Origin: a virus
Length of the DNA stretch: 64,000 bases
Virus record (IMG/VR): IMGVR_UViG_3300045988_160639
Strand: one strand, 5' to 3'
Below, piece by piece: positions 36,380 to 45,790 of the stretch. How positions within the stretch are numbered: the first letter of the stretch is position 1; every line of letters starts with the position of its first letter. The position numbers and the translations under genes are program-made. The notes beneath the pieces were generated by a model, which did no database searches, was not told where the DNA came from, and was given only the letters and a program-made list of their open reading frames with translations.

Positions 36380-37442
36380 AAATGTTAAACTCAATATCCA
36401 TACGAGTGAGTACATGACCGGTTGTTATATCATTACCACTGAATGTAGTCAGTCCACCTCTTGTCCAAGACTTAATAGGAGAACCGTACTGACCACCAGT
36501 AGGAACAACAATGGCAAGACCTGCATCGAGCATAGTATCAAAATTATCGCCAGTAGCATTGAGAGAAGAATAATCATAAGGATTTGTCATCTCTGCAAGA
36601 ATAGTTCCGTTATATGCACCGAGAATACCCTTTGTGCGAATATCTCTAAGGTCTTCTGCGGAAATGCCCTGTGTATAACCATATCTGGAAGAATTATATA
36701 CAAATTCAGAGTTATAACCTGCCCAAGGAGTAAACTGCTGAAGAAGTGCATAATCACCAATTACGGTAGCACCTGTGCCAAGTCTTCTTACCTTCTTGAG
36801 AACATCATCAACACCAGCCTTAGTGAGACCTGCACCCTCAAAGAAATACTTTACAGGAGTAGCGTTCTTAACAGCATTGTAAGCATTAGTTACAATAGCC
36901 TTCTTCATCTTATTGATAATATCAATTCTTACCTGATTCTTGCCTTCGTTCTCCTTAGACATATCACCAAGCATAAGTCTGCGGTAATCGGTAGCCCAAC
37001 CGCCAGAAATAGTCTTTGTGCCTACTGCATACTTGTCACCCGTAATTGCAGGGAAAATTACATCAGCGTTAAGTGCCTGCTCACGAGACTTGTCACCAAT
37101 AAACTTCCAAGACTCTACCTCAATAGACTCGTCATATCCAAGAGCTTCAAAATCACCGAATACAGCAAGATTCTGAATTTCTGCGGTAAGAAGAGGCTCA
37201 ACAGAATACTTTCTAATAGTGTTAAGTTCTGCAAGAGACTTAGGATCACCATTAGCAATACCTGCACCAAGTTCCTTGAGTCTATTTACAACAGCGTCTG
37301 TCTTCTTACCGTATTTAGACGTGTCCTTACCATCTGTAAGGGCGGAGAAAATTTCTACAATAGGAGAATTAGGCTTAATCTCATTTGTAAGAGTGACATC
37401 AGAATCACGTCTTACGTTGTTCATTTCAAAAGTCATATCCAT
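36348..37442 (-). CDS. Major capsid protein, exon 1 (the ORF's last ~10 codons are probably intronic)
   Basis: 364-aa ORF in the canonical position after the scaffold and decoration genes. It ends inside sequence that is homologous to the 5' ends of the TMP introns (AAATGTGCGTAAAAATAAG). Confidence 0.75.
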   Translation of the reverse strand: MDMTFEMNNVRRDSDVTLTNEIKPNSPIVEIFSALTDGKDTSKYGKKTDAVVNRLKELGAGIANGDPKSLAELNTIRKYSVEPLLTAEIQNLAVFGDFEALGYDESIEVESWKFIGDKSREQALNADVIFPAITGDKYAVGTKTISGGWATDYRRLMLGDMSKENEGKNQVRIDIINKMKKAIVTNAYNAVKNATPVKYFFEGAGLTKAGVDDVLKKVRRLGTGATVIGDYALLQQFTPWAGYNSEFVYNSSRYGYTQGISAEDLRDIRTKGILGAYNGTILAEMTNPYDYSSLNATGDNFDTMLDAGLAIVVPTGGQYGSPIKSWTRGGLTTFSGNDITTGHVLTRMDIEFNILQTPYIEKCA

Positions 37443-37468
37443 AATTATTATTCATCCTTTCTTATATC

Positions 37469-37939
37469 TTACTTTACAACAACTTCAACAAGCACGCCGT
37501 TACCATCAAAGTTAATCTTCTTAGCAACCTTGAAATATACACCACCGGAAGAAATACCGGTATTATTCTCTACAATCTTGAGATTACCGTCTGTACCGGC
37601 AGCCATAAGAGTTGTGCCAGCAGTAATAGAAGCATAAGTCTCGGAAGAACCGTATGTAATACTATCAGGAGAAACCTGAAGGAACTTACCCTTCCAAGCA
37701 GATACGTCCCAAGCTGTAACAAGCTCACCAGCAGGAGTAATAAAGTCCTTATAAGCATCATCACCCCTACCATAATTAGCAATGAGCTTAATACCAAGAC
37801 CTGTTGTAGGGGCAGAAGCAACTACACCATTTGTAACAGTGCCAAGATAAAAGTTTTTTGTACCACCAGCAGCAGCCTTTACAGTGCCGTCACCGATACC
37901 AGTCTTTTCAATCTGAGAGATTTCATATACCTTAATCAT
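37469..37939 (-). CDS. Head decoration/auxiliary capsid protein candidate
   Basis: 156-aa Gly/Thr/Ala-rich beta-type protein between the scaffold and capsid genes. Confidence 0.45.
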   Translation of the reverse strand: MIKVYEISQIEKTGIGDGTVKAAAGGTKNFYLGTVTNGVVASAPTTGLGIKLIANYGRGDDAYKDFITPAGELVTAWDVSAWKGKFLQVSPDSITYGSSETYASITAGTTLMAAGTDGNLKIVENNTGISSGGVYFKVAKKINFDGNGVLVEVVVK

Positions 37940-37962
37940 TTAAAATTTCCACCTTTCTTAAA

Positions 37963-39144
37963 TTAGTAAATAGAACCATCATCGTTACCATTCGCAGAAG
38001 TGTCATCTACGTCAGCAAAAATGTCAATTTTCTTAGAGTTCTGTTCTGCAATAATCTTTGCCTTTTCAGCCTCAGAAGCAATAGTAGCCTTGCCAATACC
38101 CTCATAAATCTTAGCGGTAATAGAATTGATTTCGGACTTGATAGGGTCAGCATTAAATGCTTCGATTTCAGCCTTTGCGTACTCCTTCTGTTCATCTGTA
38201 AAATTAGCAAGAGCGGTATTCATTTCAGCAAGTCTCTTCTCTGCCTTCAATGTACCAAGTTCTCTTTCAAGAGCATCTCTTTCTGCATAGAAACCTTCTC
38301 TTTCAGTTTCCATATCCTGAATTGCCTTCTGAAGCTTCTCTATTTTATCAGACAGGTCATTATTTTCGTTTGTCTTGATTTCGAGAGCAGAATTAAGCTC
38401 AGTAATCTTTGACTCAAACTCCTCATTCTTACTATTACACTCAGAAATAGTAGCCTTAATGGAATCTGTAATCATACCAAGTGTTTTTTCGTCCATCGTT
38501 ATGATTTCCTCCTCATTTTTATTATTTTTATTATTCAATTCAAGCAGTGAAGCTGTATGATCTGATGGCTGAACACCACAGCCAAGGAGAGCATATCCAG
38601 AAAATTCAAATTCAGTTGGTATTCTACCAATATCTTTATACCCATACAAATAAACCAATGCAGGATTATTTTCTGTTCTTACAATTTCCACACTGCCGTA
38701 AATTGTTTCATTATTAGACAGCTTTTCAGATAAAAGGTCAATACAATCAGAATATCTCATATAGTCTAATGTACCTTCGCCTACAAAAACTTTTTTAGTT
38801 TCTCCGTCATCATCTGTAACTTCGTCCATATAAGCCTTATCAAAATGACCTATCGTAGTGGCATTACTAAGTAGGGGAACACCATCTTTATATTCTCCTG
38901 TTTCACCGTGACCAAGAATATCTGTTTTGCTATCATCTGTAAATTCAACAGTAACACTTGAACCGATAAGAGTATCCTTTACATTTTCAACATATTCATC
39001 TATCCAAGTGATACCATTATCATTATATTTTGTGCCTGTTTCATCAACAATACAGGATTTATCATAAATTTCAGCAAGAATAAGTTTAAATCTCTTATAA
39101 CCTGTCTTTTTTTCCTGTTTATTGTTAATTTCAAAAAGTTTCAT
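37963..39144 (-). CDS. Scaffolding protein (N-terminal globular domain plus long C-terminal coiled coil)
   Basis: 393 aa. The C-terminal half is heptad-rich ('EFESKITELNSALEIKTNENNDLSDKIEKLQKAIQDMETEREGF..'). Lies between the portal and capsid genes. Confidence 0.55.
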   Translation of the reverse strand: MKLFEINNKQEKKTGYKRFKLILAEIYDKSCIVDETGTKYNDNGITWIDEYVENVKDTLIGSSVTVEFTDDSKTDILGHGETGEYKDGVPLLSNATTIGHFDKAYMDEVTDDDGETKKVFVGEGTLDYMRYSDCIDLLSEKLSNNETIYGSVEIVRTENNPALVYLYGYKDIGRIPTEFEFSGYALLGCGVQPSDHTASLLELNNKNNKNEEEIITMDEKTLGMITDSIKATISECNSKNEEFESKITELNSALEIKTNENNDLSDKIEKLQKAIQDMETEREGFYAERDALERELGTLKAEKRLAEMNTALANFTDEQKEYAKAEIEAFNADPIKSEINSITAKIYEGIGKATIASEAEKAKIIAEQNSKKIDIFADVDDTSANGNDDGSIY

Positions 39145-39164
39145 TATAAATCACCACCTTTCCA

Positions 39165-40736
39165 TCAACTTGTACTCGGTTTAGGCTGATTATTTGTATC
39201 ATTTCCTTGTGATATTAAAGTGTTATCATTGGTTACGTTTTCAACATTGGGTCTTCCACCCTTATCTTCTTCGTTTGAAATACCATCTCCTGATGAATTA
39301 TAAGATGTTGGATGAGGGGTGTACTTATCATCCCATTTTTCTGACTTTTCCATATCCATAAGTGATAGATAAGCATTTAAATCCCAGCCAACAGATGAAA
39401 TCCAAGCAGACTTGCTACCACTACCAGACATATAGAGTTCTTTATTCAAAGCAACAAATTTGTCTCTATTTACAAGACTTGTGGGTAAATAATAAATACT
39501 AATTTCATTATTTTTGTCTTTCACTATATTTTTGTTAATAACATAAGACAATTCATCTGCTATTTCAGTAACCCAAGTATAAATTTTGCTAAACAGAAGC
39601 TCAAGACTAAGCTGCTGAGATGAATAATTTCCACTTTCACCATCAAGAAGACCTAATGCAAAGCCTAAACCCATTGCAATATTTGAATTAAGTTTAGGTT
39701 CAATTTCTTCATTCAGAATATCAACACTTGTATCAACCGAATCAATCTTTGTACCAGCTGCAACCGTAAAGAATGATGTTCCTCCACGATTATTTTTTGT
39801 CATTACTGCACTTTTAACTGTATTATGCTGATTTTCCTGCTGGTCTTTTGTAAGACTGCATCTACCCTTTTCGCCCTCCGGCAACGTCTGATAAATAATT
39901 TTATTGTTCACTTCGCCAAGAACACTTCTTTTAGTAGTAGTAAGATAATCATTATAAAAAATATCAATTAAGGCAGAAATTGTTATAGGTCTTCCATAGG
40001 GTTCACGTTTATTACTTTTGATTTTATGTACAACTGTTTTATTATTATCTAAAACAATCCAATTACCAACAGTTTTACCATTATTCCATTTTTCATATCC
40101 ATTACGAATTTCAAAAGGATAACACTTTAACCTATTTGTCTTCTTCTTCTCATTAGTGAATTGATTGAAATAATCCAAATTAAAAGCAATAACAGGTCGA
40201 TTATTCTTATAACCTCTTATTTTTACATAGTCTACTGGAAGTGGAATCATAGCTACTGAAACATCAGAATTGTTCAGTTCCATAATGCTTGTAATTTCAT
40301 AATCTGAAACATATTTTGTATTATCAGGACTTTGTGCTTGAATATCAAAGTAATAATAGCAAGCTCCATCAAGACAATCCCTAAATAAAAAGTCTCGTAT
40401 GATATTCTTGTCGTGAATATCACATAAAATACTTTCTACCTTTTGCTTATTATCTTTGACTTTCTTTTTGCTTTTACCAGTTGAAGTAAGTATGTGTGAA
40501 AGGCAGGGGAGAGATACTATATAATCAACTGCATTTGACACAATAGGATTTGTATTATATACTCTACGACTAAGTTTTCTTATTTGCTCATTATTTGTAA
40601 TAGGATCGGATAGTATATCTTTGATTTGTTCAGGAGTATAACAAGAAAATAAATCGAAATTCATATTTGCATATACAATATTATTCCATTGTGAATTATA
40701 TTCATAAGAGGGTTCTTTGTTTTCTATATCACTCAT
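39165..40736 (-). CDS. Portal protein
   Basis: 523-aa ORF immediately downstream of the large terminase. The call rests on size and position. Confidence 0.65.
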   Translation of the reverse strand: MSDIENKEPSYEYNSQWNNIVYANMNFDLFSCYTPEQIKDILSDPITNNEQIRKLSRRVYNTNPIVSNAVDYIVSLPCLSHILTSTGKSKKKVKDNKQKVESILCDIHDKNIIRDFLFRDCLDGACYYYFDIQAQSPDNTKYVSDYEITSIMELNNSDVSVAMIPLPVDYVKIRGYKNNRPVIAFNLDYFNQFTNEKKKTNRLKCYPFEIRNGYEKWNNGKTVGNWIVLDNNKTVVHKIKSNKREPYGRPITISALIDIFYNDYLTTTKRSVLGEVNNKIIYQTLPEGEKGRCSLTKDQQENQHNTVKSAVMTKNNRGGTSFFTVAAGTKIDSVDTSVDILNEEIEPKLNSNIAMGLGFALGLLDGESGNYSSQQLSLELLFSKIYTWVTEIADELSYVINKNIVKDKNNEISIYYLPTSLVNRDKFVALNKELYMSGSGSKSAWISSVGWDLNAYLSLMDMEKSEKWDDKYTPHPTSYNSSGDGISNEEDKGGRPNVENVTNDNTLISQGNDTNNQPKPSTS

Positions 40737-40768
40737 AATTTCACCGCCTTTCTATTATTTTTAGATAC

Positions 40769-42427
40769 TTAGTTTATGAAAGTTGCATAATCATAATCAG
40801 AATTATCTATCTCTTGAGCAAATTTGTTTATATACCATAACATATAAATCATAGCAGATACTCGGTCTTTATCTATTTTTTTTACAACCTTATCAATAGT
40901 AATTCCACCATTATTAAGGTGCTTCATTTTTAGATTAGCTGCTTCTTCTATAAAGGCATCAGTTTCCATAAACGGTCTGACATTATCGTCAAATTTATCC
41001 CATTCGCTATCTTCAAAATCACAATCCTGACGTTTTTCAAGAAGTTTTAATTTTCCACTATCTACCATATCTATAAATATTGTTACTATTTCACTCTGAC
41101 AACTTTGTGCTTTGAGGTTATATAATACTTTTGGAGAATTAGGTATTTCTGGTGTGTTATCATCGTTCATTGTATCCCAACAACCTATGCTTTCTTCTGT
41201 TATAGGGTCAAACGATTCCTTCGACAACTCATCAATTAAACCTGCACCAAGACCATTACCATCTACAACAACAGCTTTGGCATTGTACTTTTTGAATATC
41301 TGTTTTACTTTAATTGCTTGTGCTGTGAAGTTTAATATATTAGGAATTTTAATAATATTTACAACATCAATAGATACAATTCTACTTTTATCAGCACTTC
41401 TTCTCACTTTACCAACAACAACAGACGATTGGTTATTTGATGTTTTCTGACTTCGTGCTACGTCAACTCCAAGATAATATTCATCTGTTTCGTTCTTTGA
41501 TTCTATCACTGCTTCCGTAAGAGTACGACAATTCATCAATCTATTTATATTTACTAATGCTCCATCAGAGCAACCAACCCATTCTTGTTCATAGTTTTGT
41601 GCAAAAGCAACAACTGATGAATTTTTCTTTTTTGAAAGTATTTTACTTTTGTTACTACCTCTTCCATACCAACACGGAAGTTGCCAGTTACTTCCAAGAA
41701 CAATTTTCCCCTTCAAATTTTCCATATCATCAATCATAGTAATACTACGTTGATATTCGTCAGAACCTCTAAATCCTGCTGTTGTGAAAAAATGAATTTG
41801 CTGATTTAACTCCATAGGGTCAACGATTGCCAGTTTTCCAACTGTAAGTCTGGGAACTTCAACAACAGGTTCAAGTGCATCTTGAAATAATACATTATTC
41901 AATAAAGCTGACTCCTCTATCTTTAAACGTCTACGTCGTTGTCCTTTAGTAGACTGAGCGTTAGCAATAGCATCAATAGTTGAACCATTCTTAAATTCAA
42001 TAAATGCGTTACCTTTAGAAAACTTGGGGTCATCTTGAAGTTCATTTTTTAATAATGGATATAATTTTGATATTTCATTCCATTTTGCTTTAAGCAAATC
42101 AGCAGCGTTCTCTTTTGTCTGTGCCGACAATGCTAATTCAATGTTAGGGAAAAGCATAGCTACAACAACCATTGATAAAACCTCATCAAATGTTTTACCA
42201 TAACCACGAGAAAATACCCCATACATACTCATAAATCTTACATCACAACGCAAAAAAATTCGTTGATCTAAATGTAGATTTATACCGCCTGTTTCGGGCT
42301 TCATTAAGTCCAAAAGTAAATCAGGATAGAATTTTGCCCAACTTATAAAATTATAATAGTTATGAAGATTTTTACCAAAGATACTATCACTATTTTTTTC
42401 AAACTCTTTTATTCTCTGCTCATTCAT
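40769..42427 (-). CDS. terL: Terminase large subunit
   Basis: 552 aa. Walker-A-like 'SRGYGKTF', an acidic 'RLKIEESA' Walker-B-like segment, and a C-terminal RNase-H-like segment 'YLGVDVARS...AVVVDGNGLGAGLID'. Confidence 0.75.
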   Translation of the reverse strand: MNEQRIKEFEKNSDSIFGKNLHNYYNFISWAKFYPDLLLDLMKPETGGINLHLDQRIFLRCDVRFMSMYGVFSRGYGKTFDEVLSMVVVAMLFPNIELALSAQTKENAADLLKAKWNEISKLYPLLKNELQDDPKFSKGNAFIEFKNGSTIDAIANAQSTKGQRRRRLKIEESALLNNVLFQDALEPVVEVPRLTVGKLAIVDPMELNQQIHFFTTAGFRGSDEYQRSITMIDDMENLKGKIVLGSNWQLPCWYGRGSNKSKILSKKKNSSVVAFAQNYEQEWVGCSDGALVNINRLMNCRTLTEAVIESKNETDEYYLGVDVARSQKTSNNQSSVVVGKVRRSADKSRIVSIDVVNIIKIPNILNFTAQAIKVKQIFKKYNAKAVVVDGNGLGAGLIDELSKESFDPITEESIGCWDTMNDDNTPEIPNSPKVLYNLKAQSCQSEIVTIFIDMVDSGKLKLLEKRQDCDFEDSEWDKFDDNVRPFMETDAFIEEAANLKMKHLNNGGITIDKVVKKIDKDRVSAMIYMLWYINKFAQEIDNSDYDYATFIN

Positions 42428-43527
42428 TCGTCATCACCGTTTTTATAATCCTTTGGTAATTTTATAAATGTTTCAACAGAAGGTCTGTTTTTTTTAGAGG
42501 TATCATCCGTAAAAATCCCATAGGGGTCTCCATATTGAGATAAATAATCATCTTTCATCTTATCATAAAAAGCATATACGTCTTTATATTCGCACAATGG
42601 AAGCCCTTTAAGCCTACGGCAATAGTTAATATAACACCAAATAATAAAATCTGGTGCATCATTGGGCTGGTATCTAAATCTTGGTAAGATTTCAACAATA
42701 TCTACTGCTTGCTCACAAGCTTTGGATATTTCGGAGATACAAGTTACACCACCTTGTAAATCAGCTTGTGTGAGTTGTTTGGGTGTAAGTTTTGCTTTAT
42801 CGGCAGCTTCTTGTGCTGCTTTGTTCCATTTGTCCGCAGATCCTACGTCCCCTTGTGCAGTGGCTTCCTCTTCTTTTACTTTAAAACGTACATATGTAGC
42901 GAGTGCTTCTTCGTGCAAATTTGTTTGTATAGAATAATTTTCTTTGAGTTTGTTGAACTTTTTAACCATTTTTCTATACTGCGTTTTTGTATATCCATCA
43001 CCAAACAAATCTAAAACATCATCGGTTACTACAAAGTCATCGACTTGCTTTACATACACTTCCTCATTCTTATTAACGGTCTTACCGGTTGTTGTAACTG
43101 CCGAAGAAACAGTTTTACCTTGAGATAAAAGATTTATAGAATCGAGAAATCCCAATTTTGAGTATTGCGGTAAAGTTCCTATATTTTTAAAATAACACCC
43201 TATAATATCAGTTCTACCTTTTCCAAGTTCAACCGATTTTTGTACTTCTTTTATAGCAGAGTCCAAAGCTTCTGGAACATAAGGCTTATCCATCAACATT
43301 AACTTCTGTTTAAACATTTCAACGTTTATAGTTCCATCTGAATTGCAAGACCCTGTTTTAATACAATTTTTACAAATATCGTAAGTTTTACCATCGCTTG
43401 AAACAGATGATATTTTGGAGGGCGATGATGAACTCACAACGTAGAATTGTGATAAATTTTTTTCTTTTCCACATTCTCGACATACTTTTTTTCCAACAGG
43501 TGCTTTAGCTCGTTTTTTTTGTGGCAT
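42424..43527 (-). CDS. Zinc-ribbon protein upstream of terL (small-terminase candidate by position)
   Basis: The start is set at the ATG at 43527, after GGAGGTGG. 'CRECGKEK...CKNCI' zinc ribbon. 4-nt overlap with terL. Confidence 0.4.
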   Translation of the reverse strand: MPQKKRAKAPVGKKVCRECGKEKNLSQFYVVSSSSPSKISSVSSDGKTYDICKNCIKTGSCNSDGTINVEMFKQKLMLMDKPYVPEALDSAIKEVQKSVELGKGRTDIIGCYFKNIGTLPQYSKLGFLDSINLLSQGKTVSSAVTTTGKTVNKNEEVYVKQVDDFVVTDDVLDLFGDGYTKTQYRKMVKKFNKLKENYSIQTNLHEEALATYVRFKVKEEEATAQGDVGSADKWNKAAQEAADKAKLTPKQLTQADLQGGVTCISEISKACEQAVDIVEILPRFRYQPNDAPDFIIWCYINYCRRLKGLPLCEYKDVYAFYDKMKDDYLSQYGDPYGIFTDDTSKKNRPSVETFIKLPKDYKNGDDE

Positions 43528-43589
43528 TATCCCACCTCCAATTTTTATTAATTTGGTCATCCTTAATTCCTAACACGGAACTTCAGATA

Positions 43590-43625
43590 TTAATAAAAGC
43601 ACCATTTTGTGATGAATGGTGCTTT
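43590..43625 (-). terminator. Terminator hairpin downstream of the integrase cassette
   Basis: 11-bp stem AAAGCACCATT / AATGGTGCTTT (43596-43606 / 43615-43625). A T4 run follows on the minus strand. Confidence 0.55.
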
Positions 43626-43804
43626 GCGGATTTTAGACGGTTTCCGTAACCCCTATATAAAACTGCTTTAGGTGCAGTAACCTTTACGGTTTTTAGTAGT
43701 ATCCTTCTACAATGGAATAGGTTTATTGTCTCTATTCCGACATTTCGTTTTATATTGTGTGGGTAAACCACTATGTCTTTTAATGTGTCTGCTGTGAGAC
43801 GATG

Positions 43805-44820
43805 TCATCCTTCAAATCCAAACATATCATTTATGACATCTTCATCTTTGTTCTTTAAGTATCCTTGGGTTGTTCCCACGTCTGTATGATGTGCCACTAC
43901 TCGGACGTGATCTAAATCAAACACCTTATTAGTTCCATCTGGATTTTTAAGCCTTTCATCCTGACCGGTAGATAAGCACTCCAAACGAGAATGTCTTATA
44001 CTATGTGGAAATATATTAACTTCTTCACCACGAATTTCAGATAATATCTTTGAGCATTTTAATATACGGTTGTAAAGGGCATCTTTGGTCACTTCCACCT
44101 TATTCTTACCGTGTCCGTTAATCCAAAGGCTTTCAATATCATCATTTCCACGTTCTTCAAGATATTGACGTATTAACTCTTTAGTGTCGTTTAGATAAAC
44201 AAGAGGAAATGTCTTGCCACGCTTTCCTTTAACAATATTTGTCTTGTTTCCATCAAGTAATCCTGCTTTCTTAACTTGGTATATTTCATTTCTTCTACCA
44301 GCAGAATCATAACTTAAACTCCATAAAACTGCTGTCTGTAAATCACCCATTTCAACAAGTTTATCTCTAACTGCTATAAATTCTTTAAACGTAAAGAAAA
44401 ATCGTCATCATTAGTTTTAACTCGTTCCCTCGGAAGACCTTTTACCTTTTTAGCATAATTGACATCATAATTGTATTCATCGTCCTCTTCGCAGTAAGTA
44501 AGCATACTGTTTACGGTCGCTTTAAGCCTATTTACTCTATTTGCCGACATATTACAATCTTCAGAAAGCCAAATACTCATATTTCTGAAATCTTTCTTGC
44601 TCATTTCAAGAATAGATTTATTTTTATGATGAAGTAATACATAAATTAAAATAAACCTTCCATCTTGAAAATAAGCTTCAATCGTAGAATTAGCTTTCTT
44701 TTGCTGTCTATATTCAGCGAGAAAATCTTCAAGTATAGCTTTATTTTCGGGATTTACTTGCTCCCAAAGTTCAGGAGTATAAACCCTATTATAAACACCT
44801 CTACTACGAGCCAATTTCAT
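43805..44820 (-). pseudogene. int: Tyrosine recombinase/integrase split by a frameshift in a T5 run
   Basis: ORF 44374-44820 is the N-terminal SAM-like domain. ORF 43805-44350 carries 'AGRRNEI', 'HSIRHSRL' and 'HHTDVGTTQGYL' (R..HxxR..H..Y). The second frame is open back to about 44403 ('FFTFKEFIAVRDKLVEMGDL'). The frames meet at GATTTTTCTTT (plus-strand A5 at 44397-44401). Confidence 0.75.
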
Positions 44821-45074
44821 CCCGTCCTTTCCAACTTTTAAATAATTATTTTCTCAGAACCATTATGGTAGGGTAGAGTTTAACGTCATTCCACCCTCGA
44901 CTGGACGTACCGTTTATTAAAAGAGTGTCGGTATTCACTTCATATGGGTGCGGAAGTTGGCTCTGCCCCAACGACCTCTTGCCTATGAAACAAGCGAGAT
45001 TCTGACTTCTCCATTCCGCAATAAAAAGACAGTGAGCTACTATTGCAACCCACCGTCTCAATGTTATTATTTAA

Positions 45075-45461
45075 TTATTCTTCAACAGAGAACACCGTTC
45101 CAAGACCATCAAGACACTTATACATATCTGTATTGACATCAGATGCTACATAATAGAAATCTGATTCACTGCCAAGATATCTCTTTGTTTCATCACTCCA
45201 AGCTTTCTCAACCCAGAGTTCAGGAATATTATCGTGCCAAGTGACACTTACATAATATTCGCCACCATAGTCAAAGTCATTATAATCAAGGAGCTGAATA
45301 TCTATATCATCGTCAATGTTCATCATTGCTTTGATAATAGGCTTTGCGATATCACCCTGTACTACTACAGATACATCAATCTTCTGCTTAACATCATCAA
45401 GTATATCACCAACTAACATTTCTGTTGTAGGATATGTATTATGGGACTTTACCTTTAACAT
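45075..45461 (-). CDS. Highly acidic hypothetical protein
   Basis: 128-aa Asp/Glu-rich ORF ('NIDDDIDIQLLDYNDFDYGGEYY'). Confidence 0.45.
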   Translation of the reverse strand: MLKVKSHNTYPTTEMLVGDILDDVKQKIDVSVVVQGDIAKPIIKAMMNIDDDIDIQLLDYNDFDYGGEYYVSVTWHDNIPELWVEKAWSDETKRYLGSESDFYYVASDVNTDMYKCLDGLGTVFSVEE

Positions 45462-45476
45462 ATAATTACCCCCGAA

Positions 45477-45758
45477 TTACTTACTTTCAGCAACTGTATC
45501 CTTGAACATCTTACCTGCCTTAAATGAAGGTACATTCTTCTCTGCTATTTCAATAGGCTTTCCGGTAGAGGGATTCACACCTGTTCTTGCAGTTCTCTTA
45601 TGCTTTTCAAAAGCACCAAAACCGACAAAATTTACTCTCTCACCAGCAGCAACACTATCAACAATAGTATCAAGAATCACTGTAAGCACCTCATCAATCT
45701 GTGCCTTAGAAAGCTCTGAGTTCTCTCTAACCTTTGTAATAAATTCAGCCTTTGTCAT
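45477..45758 (-). CDS. hup: HU-family DNA-binding protein
   Basis: 'MTKAEFITKV...LTVILDTIVDSVAAGERVNFVGFGAFEKHKRTARTGVNPSTGKPIEIAEKNVPSFKAGK' is a full-length HU/IHF signature. Confidence 0.9.
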   Translation of the reverse strand: MTKAEFITKVRENSELSKAQIDEVLTVILDTIVDSVAAGERVNFVGFGAFEKHKRTARTGVNPSTGKPIEIAEKNVPSFKAGKMFKDTVAESK

Positions 45759-45790
45759 ATATTTTAATTTCCTTTCAATATCAATAAATT

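Noticed and set aside
36414-37637. 407-aa plus-strand ORF
   Set aside because: It is antisense to the major capsid and decoration genes. Its Ser/Cys/Ile-rich composition is implausible, and it has no Shine-Dalgarno.
43583-45136. Short ORFs (43583-43771, 44846-45061, 44948-45136) and a possible fifth group I intron or a tRNA in the integrase flanks
   Set aside because: The ORFs lack a Shine-Dalgarno and have odd composition. No paired R/S (P7) elements like those of the four introns were found on either strand, and no T-loop or acceptor features. The flanks are kept only as possible attP or regulatory DNA.
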